Assembly (NCBI GenBank): GCA_050049835.1
Contig: JASFVM010000001.1
Location: 1-29,113, forward strand
DNA: 29,113 nt
Direction: 5' to 3'
From: Gammaproteobacteria bacterium
GTDB taxonomy: Bacteria > Pseudomonadota > Gammaproteobacteria > SZUA-229
The stretch's first letter is position 1. The number at the start of each line of letters is the position of its first letter. The notes beneath the pieces were generated by a model that had not been told where the DNA came from, did no database searches, and saw nothing but the letters and a program-made list of their open reading frames with translations. This document shows positions 1 to 10,819 of this stretch, one piece after another. Made by a program: the position numbers and the translations under genes.

Positions 1-652
1 TACACCTGATGATTTCATCAGCATTGCCGAAGAAAGCAATCTTGTGCTTGACGTCAGCAACTGGGTATTGGATACAGCCTGCGCTTTCACCAGGCAATTG
101 AAATCAGTGACAGCAAACAACCCTGCTTTCCAGTACGTCACGATCAATATCAGTCCAAAACAATTCAAACAGCAGAATTTCGTACCAGCTCTGATCGAGG
201 TGTTGAATAACTATGATCTGTCACCGGGTGATATCCGGCTTGAATTCACTGAGAACATCCTGATAGATAACATCGATGACACCATTTCCAAGATGCAGGA
301 ACTGTTGGCATCAGATATTAAATTCATCCTCGATGATTTTGGTACCGGTTACTCTTCCTTATCGTACTTGCATAAGCTGCCTATACGAACCATCAAGATC
401 GACAAGTCATTTGTTACCGGTTTCAAACACAAGAGCTATGCCAACAAGGCGATTGTTGACGCCATTATTGCCATGTCTGACAGGATGGATCTGCAGTGTG
501 TTATCGAGGGCATCGAAACCAAGGATGATGCTGATTACTTCATCAACAAGGACGTTTATGCAATGCAGGGATTTTATTACTACCGCCCTCTTTCCGCTGA
601 CGGCCTGATTGATTTACTGCGGCACGATCAGCAAAAAGCAGTCAGTGAATGA
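1..652 (+). CDS. EAL-domain c-di-GMP phosphodiesterase, C-terminal part (5' end outside window)
   Basis: Frame is open from base 2 (TPDDFISIAEESNLVLDVSNWVL, the usual segment after the EAL motif). Has INISP, LDDFGTGYSSLSYL, IKIDKSFV, EGIE and QGFYY motifs. Confidence 0.93.
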   Translation, partial: TPDDFISIAEESNLVLDVSNWVLDTACAFTRQLKSVTANNPAFQYVTINISPKQFKQQNFVPALIEVLNNYDLSPGDIRLEFTENILIDNIDDTISKMQELLASDIKFILDDFGTGYSSLSYLHKLPIRTIKIDKSFVTGFKHKSYANKAIVDAIIAMSDRMDLQCVIEGIETKDDADYFINKDVYAMQGFYYYRPLSADGLIDLLRHDQQKAVSE

Positions 653-950
653 AGCCGTTGATGATACTAAAACCGTAGGCGTACTCATCGCTGCCCTCAT
701 CCTCATTGCAATAACAGATCCTGCCAATAGTTTCCTGTGAACGGCCGTCAGTGTAAATAATCAGGGCCTTGATCCGGTCTTCAAGTTCAAACCGTTTCGA
801 TGTCACAAAACGAAAACCACCCTTGCTGATATTTTCGATAATGCCTGCGTATTGCTGGGTTGGCTCCGGCCGCTTGCCATTGACTGATAGTATTTCGCAA
901 CGTAGAGCTTTACATGGTTGCCTTAGATCTTTACGCGTCTTTGCGTCCAT
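642..950 (-). CDS. PilZ-domain c-di-GMP receptor (stand-alone)
   Basis: RxxxR (RKDLR) and [D/N]xSxxG (NISKGG) motifs in a 102-aa protein; SD-like AAGGGA just upstream. Confidence 0.85.
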   Translation of the reverse strand: MDAKTRKDLRQPCKALRCEILSVNGKRPEPTQQYAGIIENISKGGFRFVTSKRFELEDRIKALIIYTDGRSQETIGRICYCNEDEGSDEYAYGFSIINGFIH

Positions 951-1021
951 TCCCTTTCTATATATACCTCTTGTTATTCAGATTTTTGTTATCTACAAGT
1001 AAACAAAAGCAAAATCATCTG

Positions 1022-1819
1022 TCAGTAGCCAAATACGCCGTCGAGCAGATCCGCATAACCGGCATAGACTTCTGCAGATGCATCTTCGAAATACTCGATG
1101 TTCATATCCGCGAGCATCTTTTTGCCTTGCGGCGTATCAGGTGCATCGAGTAAAGCCTGTTTCACCGCCAACGCAACATCATCGGGCACTTCCGGAGAAG
1201 CTGACAGTGCCATGTGCGGCACCGGATCTGTAGAGACAACAGAATTCAGATTTGTGTAATTGCCAACCAGCGGGCTGGGAATGATTGCAGCATCGACATC
1301 GCCATGAATTACCTTGTTGACAGCATCAACCGAGTTATTCGCCTCTATAATGAATGGCAGCCTTACCGGGTTCGGGAACATACTGCTCAGGCGTACTGCA
1401 CCCATACCAGGCGCTGCCATGGTTGCTATTCTCTTGGATATCAGTTCATCCATTTCAAAAACGAAATTTTCCTCACCGGTGACAACAGTGAAACTCACCG
1501 TGTCTGGCAACTTGACCAGTACGCGGTAATTTTTACGCTGCACGCGAAAATCAGTGAAATGGGCCGCATCAAGAATAAAATGCATGTCTTTGGCTTTTTG
1601 CATACGCGCCCAGTAGGTCAAAAAATTTCTGTATGTCTTGATATGAAAAGTATGGCCTGTTTTTGCGGACAGGTAACTGGCCAACGGCGCATAACCCTGC
1701 TTGACCTGGTCAGCAGGCAAAACGGGTTGCACGGAAAGCATGTAATCAGCTGCTGAAGATGCCGCTGATATGATTGACAGCAGTGAAGCCAACAGGATTT
1801 GCCGGATAGATATTTTCAT
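1022..1819 (-). CDS. PhnD/SsuA-like periplasmic substrate-binding protein (phosphate/phosphite/phosphonate type), orphan
   Basis: Signal peptide (MKISIRQILLASLLSIISAASSA), then LSVQP..YAPLASYLSAKTG, V..GDVDAA and VPHMALSASPEV segments typical of the PhnD-like family. Confidence 0.75.
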   Translation of the reverse strand: MKISIRQILLASLLSIISAASSAADYMLSVQPVLPADQVKQGYAPLASYLSAKTGHTFHIKTYRNFLTYWARMQKAKDMHFILDAAHFTDFRVQRKNYRVLVKLPDTVSFTVVTGEENFVFEMDELISKRIATMAAPGMGAVRLSSMFPNPVRLPFIIEANNSVDAVNKVIHGDVDAAIIPSPLVGNYTNLNSVVSTDPVPHMALSASPEVPDDVALAVKQALLDAPDTPQGKKMLADMNIEYFEDASAEVYAGYADLLDGVFGY

Positions 1820-1895
1820 GACTGTGACCCGTACAGAGTTTATCTATTAAAAGCATAGTCAAATAACCTGCATTTTCCAGACAACACGTCCAAAT

Positions 1896-2006
1896 TCACA
1901 ACCACTGCAGCCATTCCCTGAGCACATAGATAACCGCGGCAGCAACGCCGGCACAGCCTGCGCACAAGAACAGGATTTTTACTGTCAACTGCACTTTCTC
2001 ATTCAT
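1896..2006 (-). CDS. Putative 36-aa single-TM small protein (absent from ORF track)
   Basis: Translated by hand: MNEKVQLTVKILFLCAGCAGVAAAVIYVLREWLQWL*. It is a GC-richer island in an AT-rich gap, with only a weak SD. Confidence 0.45.
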   Translation of the reverse strand: MNEKVQLTVKILFLCAGCAGVAAAVIYVLREWLQWL

Positions 2007-2134
2007 GCGACCCGGCCAGGCGGGGATATTTGATTAAAGTGGATTCTGCGCATGAATCAGTACTATATTTTTATTATATTTCAATAATTTGTTTAATATT
2101 TTTAATGTTAATAGTTACACGCATGCACGACCGT

Positions 2135-3475
2135 TCACTTTTTTCCTGTCCTGTTTTTCCGGTTCAGCTCCCTCAGGCTCGACAACTTCTCAGCGATCTT
2201 GATTTCAAGCCCGCGCTTGACCGGGTGATAGTAGATTTTTTCATCCATCGCATCCGGGAAATAGGTTTCGCCGGCGGCAAACGCATCTTCCTCATCATGG
2301 GCATAGCGGTAATCCTTACCATGACCGAGATCCTTCATCAGGCGCGTCGGTGCATTGCGTATGTGCAGGGGCACTTCCAGGGTTCCAAGTTCACGCGCAT
2401 CCCTCATAGCCTGACCAAACGCGGTATATACCGCGTTACTTTTCGCGGTTGATGCCATATAGGTAATCGCCTGGGCAACTGCCAGCTCACCTTCGGGGCT
2501 TCCGAGACGCTCATAGGTATTCCAGGCATTGAGCGCAATCTCCAGGCCCCTGGGATCAGCATTACCAATATCCTCGGATGCCATACGCACTACGCGGCGC
2601 GCGATATACCTGGGATCACAACCGCCATCAAGCATGCGCGCGAACCAGTATAAAGCGGCATCAGGATTACTGCCCCGGACTGATTTATGTAAGGCGGAAA
2701 TCTGATCATAGAAAAGATCGCCGCCTTTATCGAAACGTCGAAAGCTCTGTGAAGTAACATCCTGCACGATTTTGGCCGTAATCACATTATCACCAGCAGC
2801 AAGATCTGCCGCGATTTCGAGCATATTGAGGGCGCGCCGGGCATCGCCATCAGCAATCGATGCTATTTGATTGATTTGCTCATCATCAACACTGAGATGA
2901 CGGTCGCCCAGCCCCGCTTCCCCGTCAGTAATGGCCCGTTTCAGCAGTTGCGCAATGTCGTCCTCTTCGAGACTCTTCAACACGTATGTTTTCACCCGTG
3001 AGAGCAACGCGTTGTTCAGTTCGAACGAGGGATTCTCCGTGGTAGCGCCGATAAAGAAAATCGTGCCGTCTTCGACGTAAGGCAAAAAGGCGTCCTGCTG
3101 GGACTTGTTAAAGCGATGCACCTCGTCGACGAACAGGATCGTTGCCTTGCCGTAGGCCTGTTCCTGCTTTGCTTTGTCTACCGCTGCGCGGATATCCTTG
3201 ACACCGGATAACACGGCGGAAATACTGAGGAACTGCGCATCGGCGCTGTTGGCAATGATGCGGGCCAGTGTCGTTTTCCCCGTACCGGGAGGGCCCCAGA
3301 ACACCATCGAATGCAGCGTTCCGGATTCTATTGCCTGACGCAAGGCACCGCTGTTATCCGAGCCTTCACCCAGCATATGCCGCTGGCCGATAAAATCGTC
3401 CAGCACTTGCGGCCGCATCCGGTCTGCCAGCGGCGCATATACCTGGTTTACTGCGCTGGATTTGGCTGTAGCCAT
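2135..3475 (-). CDS. rarA: Replication-associated recombination protein A (AAA+ ATPase, MgsA/RarA)
   Basis: LADRMRP N-terminus, Walker A GPPGTGKT, Walker B LFVDEVHRF, ATTENP, SALHKSVRGS, SEDIGNADP; located after lolA. Confidence 0.97.
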   Translation of the reverse strand: MATAKSSAVNQVYAPLADRMRPQVLDDFIGQRHMLGEGSDNSGALRQAIESGTLHSMVFWGPPGTGKTTLARIIANSADAQFLSISAVLSGVKDIRAAVDKAKQEQAYGKATILFVDEVHRFNKSQQDAFLPYVEDGTIFFIGATTENPSFELNNALLSRVKTYVLKSLEEDDIAQLLKRAITDGEAGLGDRHLSVDDEQINQIASIADGDARRALNMLEIAADLAAGDNVITAKIVQDVTSQSFRRFDKGGDLFYDQISALHKSVRGSNPDAALYWFARMLDGGCDPRYIARRVVRMASEDIGNADPRGLEIALNAWNTYERLGSPEGELAVAQAITYMASTAKSNAVYTAFGQAMRDARELGTLEVPLHIRNAPTRLMKDLGHGKDYRYAHDEEDAFAAGETYFPDAMDEKIYYHPVKRGLEIKIAEKLSSLRELNRKNRTGKK

Positions 3476-3481
3476 TATGAC

Positions 3482-4099
3482 CTATGATCCACCAAAAACG
3501 TCAACACCCTCCGGCGGTATGAATTCGAAGATCGATCCGTCAAGCTCGGGGTTGGTGCGCAGTTCAGTGAAATAGATAAAGGTGGTCTGTTCGAATTGAT
3601 CATGTAACTGCAAGAAGCGCAGTCCCTTCTGATCCAGACCAATCATTACGCGATCAAAATCAGCATCATTTTTTTTATTCAGCAGTTCTATGCGATGCAG
3701 GCCTGAGTCAGAACCGCGTTCATGTATCTCAAACGCATCTTCAAGATCCTGCCGGTTTTGCAACAATGCCATCGGCGTATTGTTATGGCCCTGGTCCTGT
3801 TTCTGCACTGTCACCTGCTCGAGGTCGACATCGAAAATCCAGACATTATCCCCGTCCGAAACAATTTCCTGCGGATACGGCTCGGTGTAGTTCCAGCGAA
3901 ACCTGCCCGGCCGCTGCAGGTAGAACTCGCCGGTTGATTCCTGTAACAATTTGCCGTCGCTGGCTTTCAGCGTCTGTTTGAAATTCGCCGACATGGTTTG
4001 GGTTTCAGTCAGGAACCTGTCGAGCAAAGCCCTGCCCTCGCCGGCGAATGACAAGCTGCTGAACAGTGTGACAAAAAGGAATAACGAGATTGGTTTCAT
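3482..4099 (-). CDS. lolA: Outer-membrane lipoprotein carrier protein LolA
   Basis: Signal peptide, LQRPGRFRWNY, IVSDG..VWIFDVDLEQVT, F.F.PPEGVDV end; lies between ftsK and rarA. ATG 4099 preferred over TTG 4105. Confidence 0.95.
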   Translation of the reverse strand: MKPISLFLFVTLFSSLSFAGEGRALLDRFLTETQTMSANFKQTLKASDGKLLQESTGEFYLQRPGRFRWNYTEPYPQEIVSDGDNVWIFDVDLEQVTVQKQDQGHNNTPMALLQNRQDLEDAFEIHERGSDSGLHRIELLNKKNDADFDRVMIGLDQKGLRFLQLHDQFEQTTFIYFTELRTNPELDGSIFEFIPPEGVDVFGGS

Positions 4100-4193
4100 A
4101 TACAAGCTTAATGCAGCGGATGTTTATCTGACGACTGACCAGCGATTTCGTTCAAGATTAAAGAGTGTTCTAGAGCCGGCACAGGATGCGTGT

Positions 4194-6545
4194 TTACCCG
4201 GCATCGGGCGGTGGCGGCGCCAACACTTCCCGACTGCCGTTAGATTGCATCGCACTGACAACACCGGCTGCTTCCATTTCCTCGATCATCCGCGCTGCCC
4301 GGTTATAACCGATCTTCAAGCGTCTTTGTACATATGAAATCGAAGCTTTGCGTGTCTCGGTCACGATCATGACAGCCTCGTCATAGAGGGCATCGGCTTC
4401 TTCCCCGGAACCATTGACCGGTTTTTCACCGGGCAGGACGGTTGACGTATTTTCCTTGAGTACATCCTCGACATAATCGGGCTCGCTCGAACGTTTCAGA
4501 TGTTCCGCCACATTATGCACTTCATGGTCAGCGACAAATGCACCGTGAACGCGCGTAGGCAGGTTGCTGCCAACTTCCATAAACAGCATGTCGCCGTGTC
4601 CCAGCAACTGCTCGGCACCCATCTGATCAAGGATGGTTCGCGAGTCCACCCTTGATGACACCTGGAATGCAATTCGACTTGGTATGTTGGATTTGATCAG
4701 GCCGGTGATAACATCAACCGATGGCCTCTGTGTTGCCAGAATCAGGTGAATCCCGGATGCACGTGCTTTCTGCGCCAGCCTTGCAATCAGCTCCTCTATC
4801 TTCTTGCCCACGACCATGAACAGGTCGGCGAACTCGTCAACGACGACCACGATATAGGGCAAGGGCTTCAACTCGGCCGGCTGGGCCCCTGGGGCAGCAT
4901 GGTCAGGGTCGAATAACGGGTCTTCCAGCGGCTTGCCCTTGTCTGCCGCTTCCTTGACCTTACGGTTATAGCCGGAGATGTTTCTGACCCCGAGTGCGGC
5001 CATTAACTCATAACGGGTTTCCATTTCAGCCACACACCAGCGTAAGGCATTTGCCGCTTCCTTCATGTCCGTTACCACCGGTGCCAGCAGATGCGGGATG
5101 CCTTCATAGACATTCAACTCGAGCATTTTCGGATCGATCAGGATCATACGCACTTCGCTGGGCTTGCTCTTGTAGAGCATGCTCATCAGTAAGGCATTGA
5201 CACACACCGATTTACCCGAACCTGTGGTACCGGCCACCAGCAGATGAGGCATACGCGCGAGGTCAGCCACCACCGGCTTGCCTGAAATATCCTTGCCGAG
5301 CCCGAGCGTCAGCGGCGAGGTTGACTTGTCATACTCCCTGGACATCAGGATCTCGCTGAGCGATACCAGTTCACGCTGCTCATTGGGAATTTCCAGGCCG
5401 ACGACCGTTTTACCCGGTATAACTTCAACAACCAGCACGCTGACCACAGACAGCGAACGCGCCAGGTCTCTTGATAACGCGGTAATCTTGCTCGCCTTTA
5501 CCCCGGGAGCCGGCTGCATCTCGAAACGCGTAACAACGGGGCCCGGATGGACTGCCACCACTTCGACTTCAACACCGAAATCAGCCAGCTTGATTTCAAC
5601 CAGTCGCGACAGCGCCTCCAGTGCGTCCTTGGTAAAACCCTTCTCCGAAGGTTGCGGTTTGTCGAGCAGGCGTAGCGGCGGCAATTCAGTGTCGGTATGG
5701 GTATCGAACAGGGCGATCTGCTTTTCCCGGTCAAGGCGCTCGGAAATCTCGACTTGCTTGACAACCGGTTCGATGCGCACCTTGCTGCCGCCCTTGGCCT
5801 TGCGTACGGCTGTTTTCTGTCTGTCGGCTTCAAGCACTTCGCTGCGATGCTGCCGCGCCTCTTCACCTGCCTTGCGCTCCTGCAGATACTCGATCAGCGC
5901 CACCAGCCGGTTGCTGATCCAGTCATAGGCTATAAAGCAAAATGCACCGACCATATCGATGACACTGAACCAGGACAGACCGGTAAACAACGTGATGCCG
6001 GCGAGCAGTACGGCAAGCAGTATCATGGTCGAGCCGAGCAGACCAAGCACACCGGCAAGACCATCACCCAGCCATTGTCCGAGGATACCGCCACCATCCA
6101 GCGGTAGCGTTTCAGGCGGCACGATGAAGTGCAGGCTGGTCAGCGCACAACCGGCCGCCAGGGTAACGAGGAAACCGGCCCAACGCAGGCCGAGTACACG
6201 GTAATTGATATCTGCACTGCTGGCATCGTTGTTTACGCCACGCATCACCAGCCAGCCGCTGTAAGCGATCATCACCGGCAGCAGGTAGGCAAGGTAGCCA
6301 AACAGGCTGAACAGCACATCGGCAAACCAGGCGCCGACAACGCCGGCGGCATTATCAATGCCGTTACGGGAACCGGTGTAAGACCAGCCGGGATCGGCAG
6401 GATTATAGGTCACCAGCGCGGTCAGGAAGAACAGCGCCAGCGCAATGAGTACAAGCATGGCGCCTTCGCGCAAACCATGCTGGATATGCGTGGTCAGGCC
6501 CGGACTACCTGTTGTTGTTATTTTTTTAGGGCGTGCTTGAGCCAA
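4194..6545 (-). CDS. ftsK: DNA translocase FtsK
   Basis: N-terminal TM domain ([12 protein letters not shown]), [40 protein letters not shown], and gamma domain [11 protein letters not shown]. Confidence 0.98.
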   Translation of the reverse strand: MAQARPKKITTTGSPGLTTHIQHGLREGAMLVLIALALFFLTALVTYNPADPGWSYTGSRNGIDNAAGVVGAWFADVLFSLFGYLAYLLPVMIAYSGWLVMRGVNNDASSADINYRVLGLRWAGFLVTLAAGCALTSLHFIVPPETLPLDGGGILGQWLGDGLAGVLGLLGSTMILLAVLLAGITLFTGLSWFSVIDMVGAFCFIAYDWISNRLVALIEYLQERKAGEEARQHRSEVLEADRQKTAVRKAKGGSKVRIEPVVKQVEISERLDREKQIALFDTHTDTELPPLRLLDKPQPSEKGFTKDALEALSRLVEIKLADFGVEVEVVAVHPGPVVTRFEMQPAPGVKASKITALSRDLARSLSVVSVLVVEVIPGKTVVGLEIPNEQRELVSLSEILMSREYDKSTSPLTLGLGKDISGKPVVADLARMPHLLVAGTTGSGKSVCVNALLMSMLYKSKPSEVRMILIDPKMLELNVYEGIPHLLAPVVTDMKEAANALRWCVAEMETRYELMAALGVRNISGYNRKVKEAADKGKPLEDPLFDPDHAAPGAQPAELKPLPYIVVVVDEFADLFMVVGKKIEELIARLAQKARASGIHLILATQRPSVDVITGLIKSNIPSRIAFQVSSRVDSRTILDQMGAEQLLGHGDMLFMEVGSNLPTRVHGAFVADHEVHNVAEHLKRSSEPDYVEDVLKENTSTVLPGEKPVNGSGEEADALYDEAVMIVTETRKASISYVQRRLKIGYNRAARMIEEMEAAGVVSAMQSNGSREVLAPPPPDAG

Positions 6546-6596
6546 ACAAACTGTCCTGATTCTTTTTCAGTAACGACCAATACGGCACTGCGGTCA

Positions 6597-7664
6597 TTAT
6601 AAACCCAGTTCCTCCTTCAATACAGGGTCAACGACATCACCATCGCGCACGGCCATGGCCGCCTTCAGGCTGCTGTCATCCACCCCTTTTTCAAGCAATT
6701 CAATAACATACGGTAAAACAGCGGCTGAAAGCGCCTGCGATGCCGTTCTCGGCACGGCACCCGGCATGTTCGGTACTGCCTCGAAAAGCACATCACTATG
6801 CATATAAACCGGCTGCTCGTAGCTGGTGGCGTGAACGTTTTCGACACTGCCGCCCTGGTCAATCGCGATATCCACGATGACGCTTCCGGCCGACATTGCC
6901 TCGATCATGTTTTCCCTGATAACTACCGGTGCACGCCTGCCCGCCACCATGACAGCACTGACTACCAGGTCTGCAGCGCTGATGGCTTCTGCTACATTCT
7001 CTTCAGTTGACAGCATACCCCTGCAATTGTGGTAGCGTGACTCGAGCCGTGTCAGACGGTCCTGGTCGAGATCAAATACGGTAATGTCGGCGCCCAGTGA
7101 AGCCGCGGCCCCGACGGCGTGCTCGCCGGCAACACCGGCTCCCATCACCACGACACTGCCACAGTCTGTCGAATCGATGCCGCCCAGCAAAATACCCTTG
7201 CCGCCATTGTTCTGGAACAGGTAACCGGCACCGCCAATCACCGCCAGCCGACCGGCAATCTTGCTCATTGGCGCCAGCAATGGCCGCGCACCACTGGCAT
7301 CGACCACCGCTTCAAAGGCGATTGCAGTGAGGCCGATATCACACAACTGCCGGGTCAGCACCGGCTGGGGTGCCAGGTGCAGAAAACTGAAAACACAGTG
7401 CTTGCCGTGCAGGTATTCAAGTCCTTCCTCGAGCGGCTGTTTGACCTTGACGATCAGCTCTGCTGCCTTGAACAGTGTTGCCTTGTCATCGACGATTTCG
7501 ACACCGGCATTGCGGTAATCCAGATCGCTATAGCCGCTGCCAGCACCCGCGCCTGTTTCCATGTACACTCTGTGCCCGGCCGAGGTCAGTACCTGGCAAT
7601 CGCCGGGAACCAGTGCCACACGTCCCTCACCGTACATAATCTCCTTTGGAATTCCGGTATTCAT
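6597..7664 (-). CDS. ald: Alanine dehydrogenase
   Basis: GIPKEI..E.RVAL, VKVKQP, FLHLA, PMS..AGR, GAGVAG, DIAIDQGG, VPNMPGAVP. ATG 7664 chosen because GGAG lies about 5 nt upstream. Confidence 0.9.
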   Translation of the reverse strand: MNTGIPKEIMYGEGRVALVPGDCQVLTSAGHRVYMETGAGAGSGYSDLDYRNAGVEIVDDKATLFKAAELIVKVKQPLEEGLEYLHGKHCVFSFLHLAPQPVLTRQLCDIGLTAIAFEAVVDASGARPLLAPMSKIAGRLAVIGGAGYLFQNNGGKGILLGGIDSTDCGSVVVMGAGVAGEHAVGAAASLGADITVFDLDQDRLTRLESRYHNCRGMLSTEENVAEAISAADLVVSAVMVAGRRAPVVIRENMIEAMSAGSVIVDIAIDQGGSVENVHATSYEQPVYMHSDVLFEAVPNMPGAVPRTASQALSAAVLPYVIELLEKGVDDSSLKAAMAVRDGDVVDPVLKEELGL

Positions 7665-7693
7665 TCTGTCTCCAGTCATGCAATGTGTAATTA

Positions 7694-7710
7694 TGACAAG
7701 CGGTTTGTCA
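7694..7710. promoter_or_regulatory. Perfect palindrome TGACAA-N5-TTGTCA between divergent ald and trxB; candidate operator
   Basis: Seen directly; cognate regulator unknown. Confidence 0.35.
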
Positions 7711-7753
7711 CGGGATTCATAAACTTTTGCTAATATATGCTGCCTAAAATTGA

Positions 7754-8755
<1,002 letters not shown>

Positions 8756-8777
8756 TACTCGCAGCTGAACCGACTTC

Positions 8778-9914
8778 ATGAAGCTGACCACAGTTTCATC
8801 GCTGGCTGATATCGCCCAACACGACTGGGACGCAATCGCCGCGACCGACAATCCGTTTGTGCAGCATGATTTTCTTTTCGCACTGGAAAAACATAACTGT
8901 CTGGAACCATGGGGATGGCAGTCACACCATATTGCTGCCTATGATGATGGCAAACTTGTTGGCGCCTGCCCCGCCTATATCAAGAACAATTCCTACGGTG
9001 AATTTGTTTTCGACTGGGCATGGGCTGATGCCTATCACAGAAACGGGCTGGAGTACTATCCCAAACTCGTCATCGCTGCACCTTTTACACCGGCGTTCGG
9101 TCCCCGGCTGCTGGCCGCAGAAAACGACAACAGTGCAGCCGTAAAACAGCAACTGATACAGGCCGCTGTTGAAACAGTTAACGCAAACCAGCTGTCCACC
9201 GCGCACTGGCTGTTTGTTGACGACGATGACCGCGCACAACTGCAACAGGCCGGCATGCTGCTGCGCAGTGATTTTCAGTATCACTGGTCAAACAATGATT
9301 ATGAAAGTTTCGATCACTTCCTTGCCGAGCTCAGCAGTAAAAAACGCAAAAACATTCGACGCGAACGCAGGAAAGTAACCGAAGCAGACATAACCACAGA
9401 GATCATTCATGGTGATGATCTAACAGATGAACTCTGGCAAACACTGTATGATTTTTACCGCATCACCTTTTTGAAGAAGTCCGGTACACCCACGCTGTCG
9501 CTTGAATTTTTTCAGGCAATGTCACATCGGCTGCGCGCGATTTTTGCACGACATGATGCAAGCATCGTGGCCGGTGCAATCTGCTTCGAAAGCAATGATA
9601 CCCTCTATGGCAGACACTGGGGTTGCTACGAAGATTACGACAGCCTGCATTTCGAAGTCTGTTATTACGCAGGTATCGAGTACTGCATCAGGCATCGGTT
9701 GAAGCGTTTTGAACCCGGTGCCCAGGGCGAGCACAAAATCGCCCGTGGCTTCTTGCCGACGCGCACATGCTCGGCCCACTGGATCGCACATGAGGGTTTC
9801 CGCAATGCCATCCACCAGCACCTGGAGTACGAAGCGGCAGCAATGGATGACTATTATCAACAACTTATTGCCAGCCAGCCTTTCAGACAAAACTCAAGTG
9901 AAAACCGTGACTGA
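8778..9914 (+). CDS. DUF482 / FemAB-like GNAT-fold protein
   Basis: NSYGEFVFDWAWA, YYPKL..PFTP, QYHW.N, KRKNIRRER, LYGRHWG, LHFEVCYY, GAQGEHKIARGF motifs. Confidence 0.9.
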   Translation: MKLTTVSSLADIAQHDWDAIAATDNPFVQHDFLFALEKHNCLEPWGWQSHHIAAYDDGKLVGACPAYIKNNSYGEFVFDWAWADAYHRNGLEYYPKLVIAAPFTPAFGPRLLAAENDNSAAVKQQLIQAAVETVNANQLSTAHWLFVDDDDRAQLQQAGMLLRSDFQYHWSNNDYESFDHFLAELSSKKRKNIRRERRKVTEADITTEIIHGDDLTDELWQTLYDFYRITFLKKSGTPTLSLEFFQAMSHRLRAIFARHDASIVAGAICFESNDTLYGRHWGCYEDYDSLHFEVCYYAGIEYCIRHRLKRFEPGAQGEHKIARGFLPTRTCSAHWIAHEGFRNAIHQHLEYEAAAMDDYYQQLIASQPFRQNSSENRD

Positions 9915-10009
9915 CAATAAATAAATCACCACAACACTTGAATTGCGCATTGAGCTTACATAGGATTGCTTCCTTGACACACCACTATTCAGCGCCACTG
10001 GAAACTCAC

Positions 10010-10816
10010 ATGAAACTGTTCACCCGCTTACTGCTATCACTGTTGCTCCTGCTTGCCACAGGCGGCACCTCGTTCGCCGCAGCTGATGATGTTTTCGACC
10101 GGATAATCAAAAAAGGTGAAATCAGAGTCGGCATATCGATCATGGCGCCCTGGGTGATGAAAGACAAGGACGGGAAATATATAGGCTTTGAAATAGACGT
10201 CGCCAAACAACTGGCATCGGACATGGGCGTAAAGCCGGTATTCAGGGAATACGAATGGAACAAGCTGATACCGGCACTGCTCGACAAGGAAGTTGATATC
10301 ATTGCCTCCGGCATATCGATAACACCGAAACGCGGTTTGCAAATACGCTTCAGTAACCCGTATTCCAGCTCCGGCTATAACCTGGTATCGAACCTCAAAC
10401 TGACCAAGGATTTCACCAGCATCAAGGACCTTAATGACAGCAAGGTCTATATCGGCGTCGTCAAGGGCACTGTCTCGGAAAGCCTGGTGCCCAAGGTGTT
10501 CCCGCGCGCCAGGCTGGACAGCTACAAGGACAACAAGGAAGCAACGGACGCCGTAGTGAATGGTACCGTCCATGCCTTTGTTGCATCAGCACCGACGCCG
10601 CGATTCGTTGCGCTGAACCATCCTGATGATGTCGACCTGCCACTGGATAAACCACTGCTGGTGACCAAAGAGGCTTTTGCTATCAACCGGTATAACCCTG
10701 AAATGCTGGCCTATCTGAATTCATGGATCACCGCGCACGAAGCAGATAACTGGATAAAAAGTACCCATGGTTACTGGTTCAAGTCACTGAAATGGCGCCG
10801 CAAAATCAGTGACTAG
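10010..10816 (+). CDS. Family-3 (polar amino acid type) periplasmic substrate-binding protein, orphan
   Basis: Signal peptide, GEIRVG, GFEIDVAKQLA, LIPALL...VDIIASGISITPKR, FSNPY. ATG 10010 preferred. Confidence 0.88.
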   Translation: MKLFTRLLLSLLLLLATGGTSFAAADDVFDRIIKKGEIRVGISIMAPWVMKDKDGKYIGFEIDVAKQLASDMGVKPVFREYEWNKLIPALLDKEVDIIASGISITPKRGLQIRFSNPYSSSGYNLVSNLKLTKDFTSIKDLNDSKVYIGVVKGTVSESLVPKVFPRARLDSYKDNKEATDAVVNGTVHAFVASAPTPRFVALNHPDDVDLPLDKPLLVTKEAFAINRYNPEMLAYLNSWITAHEADNWIKSTHGYWFKSLKWRRKISD

Positions 10817-10819
10817 ATA

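Noticed and set aside
935-946. ACGCAAAGACGC shared between the PilZ 5' end (minus strand) and the repeat arm at 16692-16703
   Set aside because: A single 12-mer in coding sequence (encoding DAKT); cannot be distinguished from chance.
2001-2057. 9-bp inverted repeat ATTCATGCG / CGCATGAAT
   Set aside because: Short with a 39-nt spacer, overlaps the sORF start, and has no supporting pattern.
2030-2452. 140-aa plus-strand ORF with a hydrophobic N-terminus
   Set aside because: Mostly antisense to rarA; the hydrophobic start comes from AT-rich promoter DNA.
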